Part shown: positions 1 to 9,993 of the stretch, one piece after another | Numbering within the stretch: position 1 is the stretch's first letter | Layout: each line of letters begins with the position of its first letter | Source: an uncultured bacterium | GTDB lineage: Bacteria; Bdellovibrionota_C; UBA2361; CALJRW01 | Length of the DNA stretch: 64,000 nucleotides | Direction: 5' to 3' | Assembly: GCA_937976335.1 (NCBI GenBank) | Contig: CALJRW010000050.1 | Location: 1,335-65,334 of the forward strand | Position numbers and translations under genes: made by a program | The notes under the pieces: model-generated | Told to the model about the DNA's origin: nothing | The model's database searches: none | What the model saw: only the letters and a program-made list of their open reading frames with translations

Positions 1-104
1 CATTTAAAATAGTAATTAATTTATTAACTTCCCCTTCACTTAAATCATGCATTATTGGCTCTTCACAGGCACAAAAAAACAAAATTATTAGAATTAATAC
101 TAAT

Positions 105-836
105 CTATGCATGACTTACCAACTCTTCAAAATCATCGCTTTCAAAATAAAAATTCTTAATCTTATTTATTGCATCTTTATGAATTCTTGAAATCCAAGA
201 TTTTGAAATATCCATTTTTTCAAGTATTTCCTTAAAAGATTTGTCCTCAAAATAATATGAATTAATTACTTCTTTCTCCCTTTCATCTAAAACTGTTTCA
301 ACAATTTTTTTAAGTGATTTTCTCTTTTCTATTGCTTGCAACTTTAATTCAGGACTATTTTCCTTGTCTTGTATTGATTCCACTTCATCGGCAACATCTT
401 CCGTACTTAATTTAAAAACTAAAGCTCCTTTTGCCATATATTCCAAAACTTTTGTAAGTTCTTCAGCATCTGTATCTTTTGATTCTTGAACAACTTCTTC
501 ACCAAAGTCTTGAACTGCTTTAAACATTTTAGCAGCTTTGTAACCGGATCTTCCTAAATCGCTTCGACCTCTTAGGTGATCGATAATGGCTCCCCTTATT
601 CTTAAATACGCAAAACTCTTAAATGGAACTTTAGACTTAGGATCGTATTTTTCAGAAGCCTCTATAAGTCCAATATAGGCCTCCTGAAACATATCTTCCA
701 TATAAGATGCAGGAATATCGAAACTCTTAACTACAGAATGTGCTATTGATTCTGCATATTTATAGTGCTCCTCTACTATTGATATCTCTCTATTATCTGA
801 TTCCATCTCTATTTGCTCTCTTAAGACTGACCTCAT
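105..836 (-). CDS. fliA: RNA polymerase sigma factor, FliA/WhiG (sigma-28) family
   Basis: 243 aa. Sigma-70 region 2 (YIGLIEASEKYDP...FKSFAYLRIRGAIIDHLR) and region 4 HTH (EREKEVINSYYFEDKSFKEILEKMDISKSWISRIHKDAINKI) match the FliA pattern. Confidence 0.7.
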   Translation of the reverse strand: MRSVLREQIEMESDNREISIVEEHYKYAESIAHSVVKSFDIPASYMEDMFQEAYIGLIEASEKYDPKSKVPFKSFAYLRIRGAIIDHLRGRSDLGRSGYKAAKMFKAVQDFGEEVVQESKDTDAEELTKVLEYMAKGALVFKLSTEDVADEVESIQDKENSPELKLQAIEKRKSLKKIVETVLDEREKEVINSYYFEDKSFKEILEKMDISKSWISRIHKDAINKIKNFYFESDDFEELVSHA

Positions 837-968
837 TTGACCCTTTTTCCTTTGCTTTCACTTATACTTTCGACAAAAGGGCTAAATAGTTTCCTACTTT
901 TTACTAATTATTGAAAAATATTAAGAATAAATCTATAACACTAGAGTTTAAAATAATGGAGACTCCTT

Positions 969-1946
969 ATGCCCTTCCCCTACACACGACTAAGAAGACT
1001 AAGAAACTCAAGTAAAATTAGAGATTTAGTACAAGAAACTAGGCTAACTCCTAATGACTTTATGGCGCCTTTATTTGTCGTAAGTGGGCAAAACGTTAGA
1101 AAAGAGATTAGCTCCCTTCCAGGGCAATTTCATGAAAGCGTAGAAAACATAGTAGAACATGCAAAAAAAATAAGAGATTTAGGAATTCCTTCCGTTCTCT
1201 TATTCGGTTTACCTGATGATAAAGATCCTGTTGGAAGTTCAGCAATGAAAGATGATGGGGTTATACAAAGAGCGACCGAACAAATTAAAAAAGAAATTCC
1301 AGAATTATTATTAACAACAGATCTGTGTTTTTGCGAATATACATCACACGGTCACTGCGGAATTGTGACTGAAGATGGAAAGTTAGATAATGATGCAAGT
1401 TTAAAAATTGTTGTAGAACAGACTTTATCACACGCAAGAGCAGGTGCTGATATTATCGCGCCAAGCGGAATGCTAGATGGTTGTATTGCATCAATGCGTC
1501 AAGGTTTAGATGAAAATAATTTTGAGGATGTAACACTTATGGCCTACGCTGCTAAGTTTGCCTCTTCATATTATGGCCCATTTAGAGAAGCCGTTAATTC
1601 TGCGCCAGAATTTGGTGATAGAAAAACTTATCAAATGAATCCTGCAAATAGACGTGAAGCGCTTCGAGAGGTTGAAGAAGATATTAATGAAGGTGCTGAT
1701 ATTGTAATGGTAAAACCAGCCCTTAGTTTTTTAGATATTATACGAGAAGTTAAAGATTCTTTTTTACACCCTGTTGCGTGTTATAACGTAAGTGGTGAAT
1801 ATGCAATGGTTAAAGCTGCGGGTCTTAAAGGTTGGATTGATGAAGAAAAAGTTATGATGGAAATGCTTCTTAGTATGAAAAGGGCTGGGTCGGATATTAT
1901 TATTACTTATTTTGCGGAAGATGCTTCTAGGTCACTTTATTCTTAA
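969..1946 (+). CDS. hemB: Porphobilinogen synthase (delta-aminolevulinate dehydratase)
   Basis: 325 aa. Cys-rich metal site DLCFCEYTSHGHCG, Schiff-base lysine context MVKPAL, and ALAD-like overall length and order. Confidence 0.9.
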   Translation: MPFPYTRLRRLRNSSKIRDLVQETRLTPNDFMAPLFVVSGQNVRKEISSLPGQFHESVENIVEHAKKIRDLGIPSVLLFGLPDDKDPVGSSAMKDDGVIQRATEQIKKEIPELLLTTDLCFCEYTSHGHCGIVTEDGKLDNDASLKIVVEQTLSHARAGADIIAPSGMLDGCIASMRQGLDENNFEDVTLMAYAAKFASSYYGPFREAVNSAPEFGDRKTYQMNPANRREALREVEEDINEGADIVMVKPALSFLDIIREVKDSFLHPVACYNVSGEYAMVKAAGLKGWIDEEKVMMEMLLSMKRAGSDIIITYFAEDASRSLYS

Positions 1947-2051
1947 GAAACCTATTGTCCGAACTAATACCTCAAGTAAAATAATTTCAACTGACTATCA
2001 GAAAAATTAAAGTTGAACTTCATCCAAAAGGGCTAATTATAACATTTTTAC

Positions 2052-3413
2052 TTAATCTCCTTCAAATAAATCTATCGCCATAATTCTAGCTTCAGAATGA
2101 TCAACTATAGGCTGAGGATATCCGTCAATTTTTACAGATTTCTCTGCTATTTTGTGAAGAATCTTTGAATCAACATCTTCTAACTCAGGAACCCACTTCT
2201 TTACATAAATACACTCTAAATCAAACTTTTTTTGCTGAGTCCAAGGATTAAATATTCGAAAATATGGCTGAGCATCACACCCTGTGCTTGCAGCCCATTG
2301 CCAGTTTCCATTATTAACTGCTGGATCGTAATCTAGTAATTTTTGTGCAAAATATTTCTCACCCCATTGCCAATTAATGTGTAAATCTTTAACTAAAAAA
2401 GAAGCTACAATCATTCGAACTCTATTATGCATAAATCCAGTTGAATTTAACTCTCTCATTCCTGCATCAACAATTGGAAAACCAGTTTTTCCCTCACACC
2501 AGACTTTAAATTTAGTTTTATTATTCTCCCAGTCTATTTTTTCATACTTTGGGTTAAAAGCTTTTCTAAAAACATGAGGAAAATGAAAAGCAATGTGAGT
2601 AAAAAAATCTCGCCAGTAAAGTTCGTTAATTAGTATATGATCAACTCCTAATTTTGCTTTTACCTGCTTATATACTTCTCTAACAGAAACTGTTCCAAAT
2701 TTATTATGTGCTGATAAGCCTGTAGTTCCTTTAATTGCTGGAAAATCGCGCTCTTCTTTATAATTAATTTTATTTTTAAGAGCTTTTAATATTTTAATTG
2801 CTTCGAACCTACCGCCTCTTACATATAAATCTTTATTAGTATTTTTTAGAATTTTATCTTTATAGTCTAGATCTGATGTTTTTATTTTGCTTGTGTAGAA
2901 GTTATTTCCAGCTAATTTGGAAGGTTTAGACACAGGTAAAGTCCTACACTTTTTCATAAAAGGAGTATAAACTGTATATGGTGTGCCTTTTCCACTAAAA
3001 ACTGTTCCTGGAACTGTTAAAAGTAGGTCGTCATATGAAAAAAACTCTACCCCTTTATCTTTACAAACAGTTTCAATTTTTTTATCCCTCTTAATGCTAA
3101 AAGGAGTATAATCTTTATTTAGAAAAACCGCGTTAATTGATTCTTTTTTGATTAGATCATTAACTACATCTTCAGCTACTCCATTAAAATAATATAATTT
3201 AGCTTTTTGTAATTTTAATTGTTCTTCTAGGTCATCCAAAGATTCAAGCATGAATTGCACACAGTTATCACTTCTATATGAATTTTTTATTAACTGCCTT
3301 TTATCAAATATAAAAATTGGTATAACTTTATTGGAATTCTTTAAAGCTTCATTTAGTGCTGTATTATCATGAATTCTTAAGTCACGCCTAAATATAAAAA
3401 GTGATTTTTTCAT
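2052..3413 (-). CDS. phr: Deoxyribodipyrimidine photolyase / cryptochrome family
   Basis: 453 aa. N-terminal IFRRDLRIHDNTAL, FAD-binding region TGFPIVDAGMRELNSTGFMHNRVRMIVASFL, and GNWQWAASTG. Confidence 0.9.
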   Translation of the reverse strand: MKKSLFIFRRDLRIHDNTALNEALKNSNKVIPIFIFDKRQLIKNSYRSDNCVQFMLESLDDLEEQLKLQKAKLYYFNGVAEDVVNDLIKKESINAVFLNKDYTPFSIKRDKKIETVCKDKGVEFFSYDDLLLTVPGTVFSGKGTPYTVYTPFMKKCRTLPVSKPSKLAGNNFYTSKIKTSDLDYKDKILKNTNKDLYVRGGRFEAIKILKALKNKINYKEERDFPAIKGTTGLSAHNKFGTVSVREVYKQVKAKLGVDHILINELYWRDFFTHIAFHFPHVFRKAFNPKYEKIDWENNKTKFKVWCEGKTGFPIVDAGMRELNSTGFMHNRVRMIVASFLVKDLHINWQWGEKYFAQKLLDYDPAVNNGNWQWAASTGCDAQPYFRIFNPWTQQKKFDLECIYVKKWVPELEDVDSKILHKIAEKSVKIDGYPQPIVDHSEARIMAIDLFEGD

Positions 3414-3571
3414 AAAAAATAAGCAAAAATACGTAATATAAATGAATTTAAACTAAGACTGTAATATTTACATACGATAACTAAGTAAAAAAACTGTATA
3501 CATTAATGATTTTTATTACAATAACCTGTATAGTATTAAAAAATACTTACAGGGACTTATAGGGAGAGGTT

Positions 3572-5077
3572 ATGAATTTTAAGACATTATTATTTACATT
3601 TTGTATATTATTTTCTAGCAACATAATTGCACAACAATGTAATGATGGAATTGATAACGATTTTGATGGCTTTTATGATTTTTTAAATATCAGCGATCCA
3701 GCAAATGATAATTTCAGTGAAACATTTCATTTTCAAGGACATGGTCCTTATGGCGGTCCAAATCGTCTTCATACAGCTCTCAATAATGCAGGGGTGTTTG
3801 TAATTGATAGAGCTGGACAGAACTCAAATCAAATAACTAATGCTGTGCTTTGCGATATTGGAAACTTTAATAATCCAAATATCCCTTTCTATAGGACTAC
3901 AGTTTATAATGTATGTAGATCTTTAGGTTATGCGACTGTTGCTTCTGTAAATTGTAAATCATTTACTTCTCCAAGCAATAATGAAATTGCTCAATGGCAA
4001 CATAACGCTAGTCAAAGAATTGGAGATGGTGCCTTCTATAACTACAATGCAGGTTCATCATCAGTAGCCAATTACTTTGTTTTAAGAATTACTTGTCAAG
4101 GAGAACTCAGAGGATGTGCGGATGGAATAGATAACAACAATAATGGTTTAATCGATTTAGAAGACCCAGGTTGTATAAACGGAAATGATAGTAATGAAAA
4201 TTTTCACGATCCAAGTTGTACTGGACCAAATGATATTGAAAGTACAGGATGTAACGACAATGTCGACAATGATGGTGATACTTTAGTTGATAGATTAGAT
4301 CCTGGATGTTGGGATAATATAAACGATCCAACTTCTTACAATCCAAATTCTCAAGGCAATGAAAATCGTGCTACAACGCAATGCGCTAATGGAATAGATG
4401 ATGACGGAAATGGCTTAGTCGACTTAGCTGATCCTGGATGTCTCAATGCGTCAGATAATGCTGAAAGTGGTGGAGTCAATCCTGGTAACGGTGGTGGGAA
4501 CACAATTATTCCAGACTGTGCAAATGGAAGAGACGATGATGGAGATGGTTTAGTAGACCTAGCTGATCCGGGATGTGTTAATTCTGTTGATAGTAGTGAA
4601 AGTGGTGATGGTGGTGTTTTTATTTCAAGCTGCACAAATGTAAATACTTCCGGTGTAACATCTATTTTGCTAAGTTCAATACAAAAAGATCATGCCTTAA
4701 ATCAATATGCTCCTCTTGCTCCTTTTATAAATGACCTAAGGGATGAAGATAGAACAGTTGCAAAAAATAGAAGAAAATCTGCTAAGCGTAGAGATGCTGC
4801 AATACTTAATAGATTAAATGAGATGATTTCTGGAAGTAGCGTTACAGTATGCCCTGCAAATCAATGCCAAATGGTTGATAGATCTACTGATATTCAAAAA
4901 ATGAGAAAGTGGATTACAAAAATTTATAAAGCTGCGAAAAGACTTGCTAACTTAAGATATCAATTAGGACATATTGGTCTTCGTGCTAGGAATAAAGTTA
5001 AGAAAAAAGCTATAATTCTGCGTGATGAAAGAATAAATGCACTGGAGGCCTTGCCGACTTCATTTTGTTCTGGGTGA
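3572..5077 (+). CDS. Secreted protein with tandem Cys/Asp-rich (C-x-DG-x-D-N/D-x-x-G-x-x-D-x-x-DPGC) putative calcium-binding repeats
   Basis: N-terminal signal peptide (LLFTFCILFSSNIIAQQ). At least five repeats, including CADGIDNNNNGLIDLEDPGC and CANGIDDDGNGLVDLADPGC, with about 60-nt DNA periodicity between 4100 and 4580. Basic C-terminal tail. Confidence 0.6.
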   Translation: MNFKTLLFTFCILFSSNIIAQQCNDGIDNDFDGFYDFLNISDPANDNFSETFHFQGHGPYGGPNRLHTALNNAGVFVIDRAGQNSNQITNAVLCDIGNFNNPNIPFYRTTVYNVCRSLGYATVASVNCKSFTSPSNNEIAQWQHNASQRIGDGAFYNYNAGSSSVANYFVLRITCQGELRGCADGIDNNNNGLIDLEDPGCINGNDSNENFHDPSCTGPNDIESTGCNDNVDNDGDTLVDRLDPGCWDNINDPTSYNPNSQGNENRATTQCANGIDDDGNGLVDLADPGCLNASDNAESGGVNPGNGGGNTIIPDCANGRDDDGDGLVDLADPGCVNSVDSSESGDGGVFISSCTNVNTSGVTSILLSSIQKDHALNQYAPLAPFINDLRDEDRTVAKNRRKSAKRRDAAILNRLNEMISGSSVTVCPANQCQMVDRSTDIQKMRKWITKIYKAAKRLANLRYQLGHIGLRARNKVKKKAIILRDERINALEALPTSFCSG

Positions 5078-5101
5078 TATTTTACTATAGATTTAAACTT
5101 T

Positions 5102-5132
5102 GAAACACAGAATTAAAATTAATTCTGTGTTT
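5102..5132 (+). terminator. Perfect 14-bp stem / 3-nt loop hairpin 24 nt after the stop of the repeat-protein gene
   Basis: gaaacacagaatta-aaa-taattctgtgtttc. The downstream tract is only partly T-rich. Confidence 0.5.
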
Positions 5133-5207
5133 CTGCGCTTCTGTGCTTAGATAAAAAAAGAGTGAATAATATTGATTTCTAAACCTCACTGTACTGTGTT
5201 CTTAATC

Positions 5208-5280
5208 TCTTAAAACTATTATAGTTGTCCCTCCCTTCTTCGCCATGGCTTCGGAGGACAAGCCGGGGATATAGAAAGGC
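5208..5280. repeat. GC-rich structured intergenic repeat, copy A (near-identical to 51138-51208)
   Basis: aactattatagTTGTCCCTCCcttcttcGCCATGGCttcGGAGGACAAgccggggatatagaaagg. Stem TTGTCC(C)TCC/GGAGGACAA encloses the palindrome GCCATGGC. Confidence 0.8.
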
Positions 5281-5318
5281 TTTCATAAATTTTCATTTTC
5301 ATTCACTATACTTAAGAT

Positions 5319-5714
5319 ATGAAGATAAGCAGCCATATAGTAAAAATTTTATTCCTAATAATTCTATTCACCTCATCTTGTTCTCCAAACAGATTATACA
5401 GCCCAAAACCTTTCGCAATAACAAAATCGACAAATCAAGATAAAGTTAAACTAGCAATTTTAGAAGTTCTAAATAAAAGAAAGTGGAAAGTGAAAAAGGA
5501 ATTACTTGAATTTATAGAAGCTAAAAGGCGGGATAAACAATATAATGCAACTATTAGAATTCATTTTGATAGAAGACAGGTTAGGATTCGATATTTTGAT
5601 AGTGAAAATTTAAACTATATTTTTGAAGATAAAGTTAGAAAAATTCATCCTAAATATAATAAATGGATAAAAGTGCTTGAAAAGGATTTGCTTAGAACTT
5701 TGAAGGATGTTTAA
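5319..5714 (+). CDS. Small lipoprotein, unknown function
   Basis: 131 aa. Signal plus lipobox (ILFTSSC), then Lys/Arg-rich. Confidence 0.5.
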   Translation: MKISSHIVKILFLIILFTSSCSPNRLYSPKPFAITKSTNQDKVKLAILEVLNKRKWKVKKELLEFIEAKRRDKQYNATIRIHFDRRQVRIRYFDSENLNYIFEDKVRKIHPKYNKWIKVLEKDLLRTLKDV

Positions 5715-5724
5715 TTAACCTGAA

Positions 5725-6087
5725 TTAAACCTTCTCCCAAGCAGATTCTATTATTTCAGTTTCTCCACAAAAAACACATTGTTTTCTTCTAGGATTAATT
5801 TTCCGACCACAACTGTTACATAATTTTGATTTATCTTTTTTTCCATCAAGCTTTCCATCTCTTATGTCAATTTCTTCAACTTTGTTTAATAACATTGTTT
5901 CGCTGATATTTGAAGAATCTCTCAAAAGCTCCCACATTGCTTCAGAGATTAAAGATAATTGATCAATTCTTTCTTCTAAATCAGCTTTGCTCCTTCTGTT
6001 TTCTTTGTTTCCTAACAAAGTATCTGCAGATCTATCTTCTAAATTTCTTATTTGACGTTGCTGAATTAAATTCCAAATCCAAGACAT
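5725..6087 (-). CDS. Hypothetical protein with C-terminal zinc-ribbon (CxxC...CxxC)
   Basis: 120 aa, CNSCGRKINPRRKQCVFCG. Last gene of a minus-strand operon (suhB-like, cinA-C, epimerase). Confidence 0.45.
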   Translation of the reverse strand: MSWIWNLIQQRQIRNLEDRSADTLLGNKENRRSKADLEERIDQLSLISEAMWELLRDSSNISETMLLNKVEEIDIRDGKLDGKKDKSKLCNSCGRKINPRRKQCVFCGETEIIESAWEKV

Positions 6088-6088
6088 A

Positions 6089-7033
6089 TCAAATCTCCCG
6101 ATGCCAATCCCAAAAATTACTCAAACCTTGAGCGAGTGAAGTTTTAGGATTATAATTTAGTAATTCCTTGGCCTTTTCAATATTTGCATAGGTTTGAAAT
6201 GGCTCGGTTTTTGGTGCTTCAACGTTTTTTGTTCTTAATTTATTGCCTGATAGCTTTTCCATTATTTCAATAAAATCAATTAAAGAATGAGGCTCTCCCC
6301 TACCAAGATTAATAATTTCATAGCTTTGGTTTTTTTCAAATGCTGCTATAACTCCACTTACGATATCGTCAATATATGTCCAATCTCTTCTTAACTTACC
6401 AGAATCAAAAAGAGTGATTAAGGAATCATTCTTAAAAGCTTCAGCAATAATAAAAGGCATCATATCAGGTCTGCCTTGCGGGCCATAAACATTAAAAAAT
6501 CTAAGAGCTGTGAAATTTAAACCAAAGCTATTATGATAAGAATACCCCATAACTTCTCCAGCTTTTTTACTTGCTGGATAGGGTGCTAAAGGCTTGTCAG
6601 TTGATTCATGCTCAAAAAATGGCACATTTTCTCTTTGACCATAAACTGAACTAGTAGATGCGAAAACAAAATTTTTTACATCTAAGTCTTTTGATATCTC
6701 AAGCATATTGCTAGTTCCAACAATATTATTTTGCACATATTTTAAAGGTTCATGAATTGACCTTCTAACATTTCCAAGCGCAGCCAAGTGAATTACTTTT
6801 TCAGGTTGATATTTTTTTAAAATTTCAGAAGTTTCTGAGAAATTAGAAATATCTTTTTCTTCTAATGTGAAAGATTGATATTCTTCTAGTATTTTTATGT
6901 TCGCTTTTTTTCTTGTTAGATCGTAATTATCATTAAAATTATCAATCACTAAAACTTCATGCTTTAAATCAAGTAATTTCTTTGAAACATGACTTCCTAT
7001 AAACCCTGCTCCGCCTGTTACTAATACTTTCAT
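6089..7033 (-). CDS. NAD-dependent sugar epimerase/dehydratase (SDR family)
   Basis: VLVTGGAGFIGSHV Rossmann motif and YPASK catalytic YxxxK. Confidence 0.85.
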   Translation of the reverse strand: MKVLVTGGAGFIGSHVSKKLLDLKHEVLVIDNFNDNYDLTRKKANIKILEEYQSFTLEEKDISNFSETSEILKKYQPEKVIHLAALGNVRRSIHEPLKYVQNNIVGTSNMLEISKDLDVKNFVFASTSSVYGQRENVPFFEHESTDKPLAPYPASKKAGEVMGYSYHNSFGLNFTALRFFNVYGPQGRPDMMPFIIAEAFKNDSLITLFDSGKLRRDWTYIDDIVSGVIAAFEKNQSYEIINLGRGEPHSLIDFIEIMEKLSGNKLRTKNVEAPKTEPFQTYANIEKAKELLNYNPKTSLAQGLSNFWDWHREI

Positions 7034-7548
7034 TCAAAACTCCAGAACTCTACATAATTTTTATTATTGGGTTTTTCTAAAATATAGTTTTCTATTAATT
7101 GCAGTACACTCTGCATAGTTTTTTCTCTTACTTCTTTTCTATTACCATCAAACAAATACTTAAATACTACATTTTGCTTTTTAGAACAAAAACCAATAAA
7201 AACTGTCCCAATAGGCTTTTCTTCTGTACCCCCATCAGGCCCAGCAATGCCAGTTACTGAAATAGAAATATCAGCTTTTGTTTCTAACTCTACTCCTTCT
7301 GCCATTTCTCTTGCTACTTCTTTACTTACAGCACCAAAGTTATTAAGCGTATCTATATTAACATTTAGCATACTTATTTTTAGTTCATTAGAATATGTTA
7401 CGTAAGAACCTAAAAAATATTTAGATGAGCCAGCAATATCAGTGAGAATTTTTGAAATTAAGCCACCTGTGCAACTTTCAGCTAAAGATATGGTCAAATG
7501 AGATTTTTTTAAAATAGAGTAAAACTCTGCTAAATCTTCCTTACTCAT
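7030..7548 (-). CDS. CinA C-terminal domain protein (nicotinamide-nucleotide amidohydrolase PncC-like)
   Basis: 172 aa, LAESCTGGL motif and CinA-C-like length. Confidence 0.75.
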   Translation of the reverse strand: MSKEDLAEFYSILKKSHLTISLAESCTGGLISKILTDIAGSSKYFLGSYVTYSNELKISMLNVNIDTLNNFGAVSKEVAREMAEGVELETKADISISVTGIAGPDGGTEEKPIGTVFIGFCSKKQNVVFKYLFDGNRKEVREKTMQSVLQLIENYILEKPNNKNYVEFWSFE

Positions 7549-8323
7549 GATTTGCTATAATGCTTAGAACTTCATCATGTACTAAACCATTCGATGCTAC
7601 GTAGTACTCATTTTTCATTGAAGGCTGATTAAATAATATCTCATTTCCATTTTCATCTGTAACTTTACCTCCTGCTTCTAAAATAAAGCATGTCGGAGCA
7701 AGTAGATCCCATTCTTTATGATGAACAAGCTTAATTACAGCACAATCAAGCTCCCCTCTTGCTACATTCATTAAAGCTAAACCTGAATCTTGCATAGTCT
7801 CCCACTCAATACCTACGTCATACCTCGGAGCATTTCTTCTAAAAGCTTTTTTACTTACTAATTTTTGGTTCTCAGAAACCTTTATTGCCTTTCCATCAAA
7901 AAGAGCCCCTTCTCCTACTTTAGCATAACCTTCTAATTCTAAAGCTGGAAAATAAACCAAACCAAAACTTGGCTTACAGTCTACGGATAAACCAATAAGT
8001 ATTGAAAAATCGTCTTTACCTTCAACAAAGCTACGTGTTCCATCTAAAGGATCAATTAACCAAACTTTATCAAAATCATTAATATCTTTTGGAATTTCAG
8101 CCTCTTCACTAACAAAACCATAATCTGGAAAAACCTTACTTACTACTTCCTCTATAATTCTATTTGATTCAAAATCAGCATTAGTTACTAAGCTTCCATC
8201 AGCTTTCTTTTGAACGTTTATTTTTCCTTCATTTTCTTTCTTGCCTGGCCAAGTGGATCTTAGAAATTCACCTGCTTTAAGCATTGCATCTCTTACTTCT
8301 TTTTCATTGTTATTTAGTGCCAT
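7541..8323 (-). CDS. Inositol monophosphatase family protein (SuhB/CysQ-like)
   Basis: WLIDPLDGT metal-binding motif, 260 aa. Confidence 0.8.
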   Translation of the reverse strand: MALNNNEKEVRDAMLKAGEFLRSTWPGKKENEGKINVQKKADGSLVTNADFESNRIIEEVVSKVFPDYGFVSEEAEIPKDINDFDKVWLIDPLDGTRSFVEGKDDFSILIGLSVDCKPSFGLVYFPALELEGYAKVGEGALFDGKAIKVSENQKLVSKKAFRRNAPRYDVGIEWETMQDSGLALMNVARGELDCAVIKLVHHKEWDLLAPTCFILEAGGKVTDENGNEILFNQPSMKNEYYVASNGLVHDEVLSIIANHE

Positions 8324-8363
8324 TAAGTTATATTGGTAACATTCAAATAGGAATATAACCAGT

Positions 8364-8684
8364 ATGAGTAAAAACTTCTTTGATAAATGCTACAATTTAA
8401 TCTCAAAAATACCCAAGGGAAAAGTTACAACCTACAAGGAGGTAGCTACTGCTTTAAATTCTAAAGGTTATAGAGCCGTTGGGAATGCTATGAATAAAAA
8501 TCCTAATGCGCCTATTGTTCCCTGTCATAGAGTTGTTGCAAGTACTGGTAAGATTGGTGGTTATGCTTTTGGAACTAAAAAGAAAATTGAACTACTCAGG
8601 AAAGAAGGTATAAAAATAGAAGAAGGCAGAATTCAAGATTTAAAAAAATACCTTGTTTCATCGAAAGAATTAAAGAGAAGGTAA
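8364..8684 (+). CDS. Methylated-DNA-[protein]-cysteine S-methyltransferase, DNA-binding/active-site domain only
   Basis: 106 aa. PCHRVV active-site Cys motif, no N-terminal domain. Confidence 0.8.
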   Translation: MSKNFFDKCYNLISKIPKGKVTTYKEVATALNSKGYRAVGNAMNKNPNAPIVPCHRVVASTGKIGGYAFGTKKKIELLRKEGIKIEEGRIQDLKKYLVSSKELKRR

Positions 8685-8697
8685 GCTATTGATAATA

Positions 8698-9993
8698 TTA
8701 CCAAAAAATAATTTTTTCTGGTTTTATCATTCTTCTGAGAGCTCCAATTAAGTACATAGAACCACATATTAAGATTGGAATATCTTTATTATCTTCTAAC
8801 GATCTTATAAAGCCACTATAATCCTTATCCCAAACGAAACTTCTTATATCAAAACTCGATATATAATCTTCATAATCTTTTATCTTTAATTTTCTATGAC
8901 TATCTGGACTTAAAATATGCCAAGCTCTAGCCTTAGGAATTAACGTAGTAATCATTTCTTTCCAATTCTTAGTTTCTAGGGCCCCAAAAGCTACTTCAAT
9001 TTTCGAATCATACTTATTATTGACATAATTACTTAAGGCTTTAATCCCTCCTATATTATGAGCGCAATCGAGTATAACTCTCCTACCCTTATAATTAAAC
9101 TCTTCTATTCTTCCTGGCCAAAAAAATTTATTTAATCCAGTATTAATTTTTTCTTTACTGATACCTAGATAACAAGCAACTGCAATGGATAAAGCAATAT
9201 TTTTTACTTGGTGTATGCCTTTTAAAGGAGGGGTAAATTCTAATAAATCCTTACCTTCCCAAGAAAATAAAGCCTTACCTTTATCACTTATCATTTGAAT
9301 TTTAAAATCACGATTAAGAACGAATGCTGAAGAATTCTTAGCCTTTGCAACGTCAAGAATAACCTTTAAAGCTTCATTAGAGACTTCTCCAACAAAAACA
9401 GGCACTCCTTCTTTAATAATCCCTGCTTTTTCGAAAGCAATTTTCTCTAAGGTATTGCCTAAGATATGAGTATGGTCGTAAGAGATGGAAGTGATGATAG
9501 AAGCTTCAGGTTTAGTTAAAACATTAGTCGCATCAAGTCGACCTCCCAAACCTACTTCAAAAACTCCCCAATCGAGATCTTTAAAAGCTAAGAAAGCTAT
9601 AACAGCCATTGTTTCCCAATAACTTAATTTTACGTTAGCTAATTCTACATGTTTTTTAACAACTAAAGCCAATTTGTCTAACTCTGTATCAGAAATAGAT
9701 TTTCCATTTATAACAAATCTTTCATTCACCTCTTGTAAATTAGGAGATACGTTAAAACCAATATTTTTAGATATTTCAGAAAGAATACTAGCAATACTTA
9801 CTAAAACGGAACCTTTGCCATTAGTTCCTGCGATATGAATAGATTTTGGTTTGTCTTGAGGGTTATCTAGATCTTTAACAATCTTAGATATAACTTCTAA
9901 GTTGAAATCTCCCTTTCCTCCCCAAAGAGCTAGTGAATTGATATAATCAAAACCTTTGCCAATCTTATTTTTAAACGAATCTATCTGTCCCAC
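8698..9993 (-). CDS. folC: Folylpolyglutamate synthase / dihydrofolate synthase
   Basis: 431 aa. HIAGTNGKGS P-loop of the Mur ligase family and FolC-like architecture. The predicted GTG start lies inside palindrome 1. Confidence 0.8.
   Translation of the reverse strand: MGQIDSFKNKIGKGFDYINSLALWGGKGDFNLEVISKIVKDLDNPQDKPKSIHIAGTNGKGSVLVSIASILSEISKNIGFNVSPNLQEVNERFVINGKSISDTELDKLALVVKKHVELANVKLSYWETMAVIAFLAFKDLDWGVFEVGLGGRLDATNVLTKPEASIITSISYDHTHILGNTLEKIAFEKAGIIKEGVPVFVGEVSNEALKVILDVAKAKNSSAFVLNRDFKIQMISDKGKALFSWEGKDLLEFTPPLKGIHQVKNIALSIAVACYLGISKEKINTGLNKFFWPGRIEEFNYKGRRVILDCAHNIGGIKALSNYVNNKYDSKIEVAFGALETKNWKEMITTLIPKARAWHILSPDSHRKLKIKDYEDYISSFDIRSFVWDKDYSGFIRSLEDNKDIPILICGSMYLIGALRRMIKPEKIIFW

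Noticed and set aside
4107-4635. Two minus-strand ORFs (79 aa and 94 aa) inside the Cys/Asp-repeat protein gene
   Set aside because: They lie antisense within a well-supported repeat-protein CDS. Their low-complexity His/Pro/Ser-rich translations are typical of repeat-induced spurious frames.
8698-9993. folC GTG start lying inside the first 17-bp palindrome
   Set aside because: This may be coincidence or a mis-called start. There is insufficient evidence to claim regulatory coupling, so it is noted only under the parS finding.
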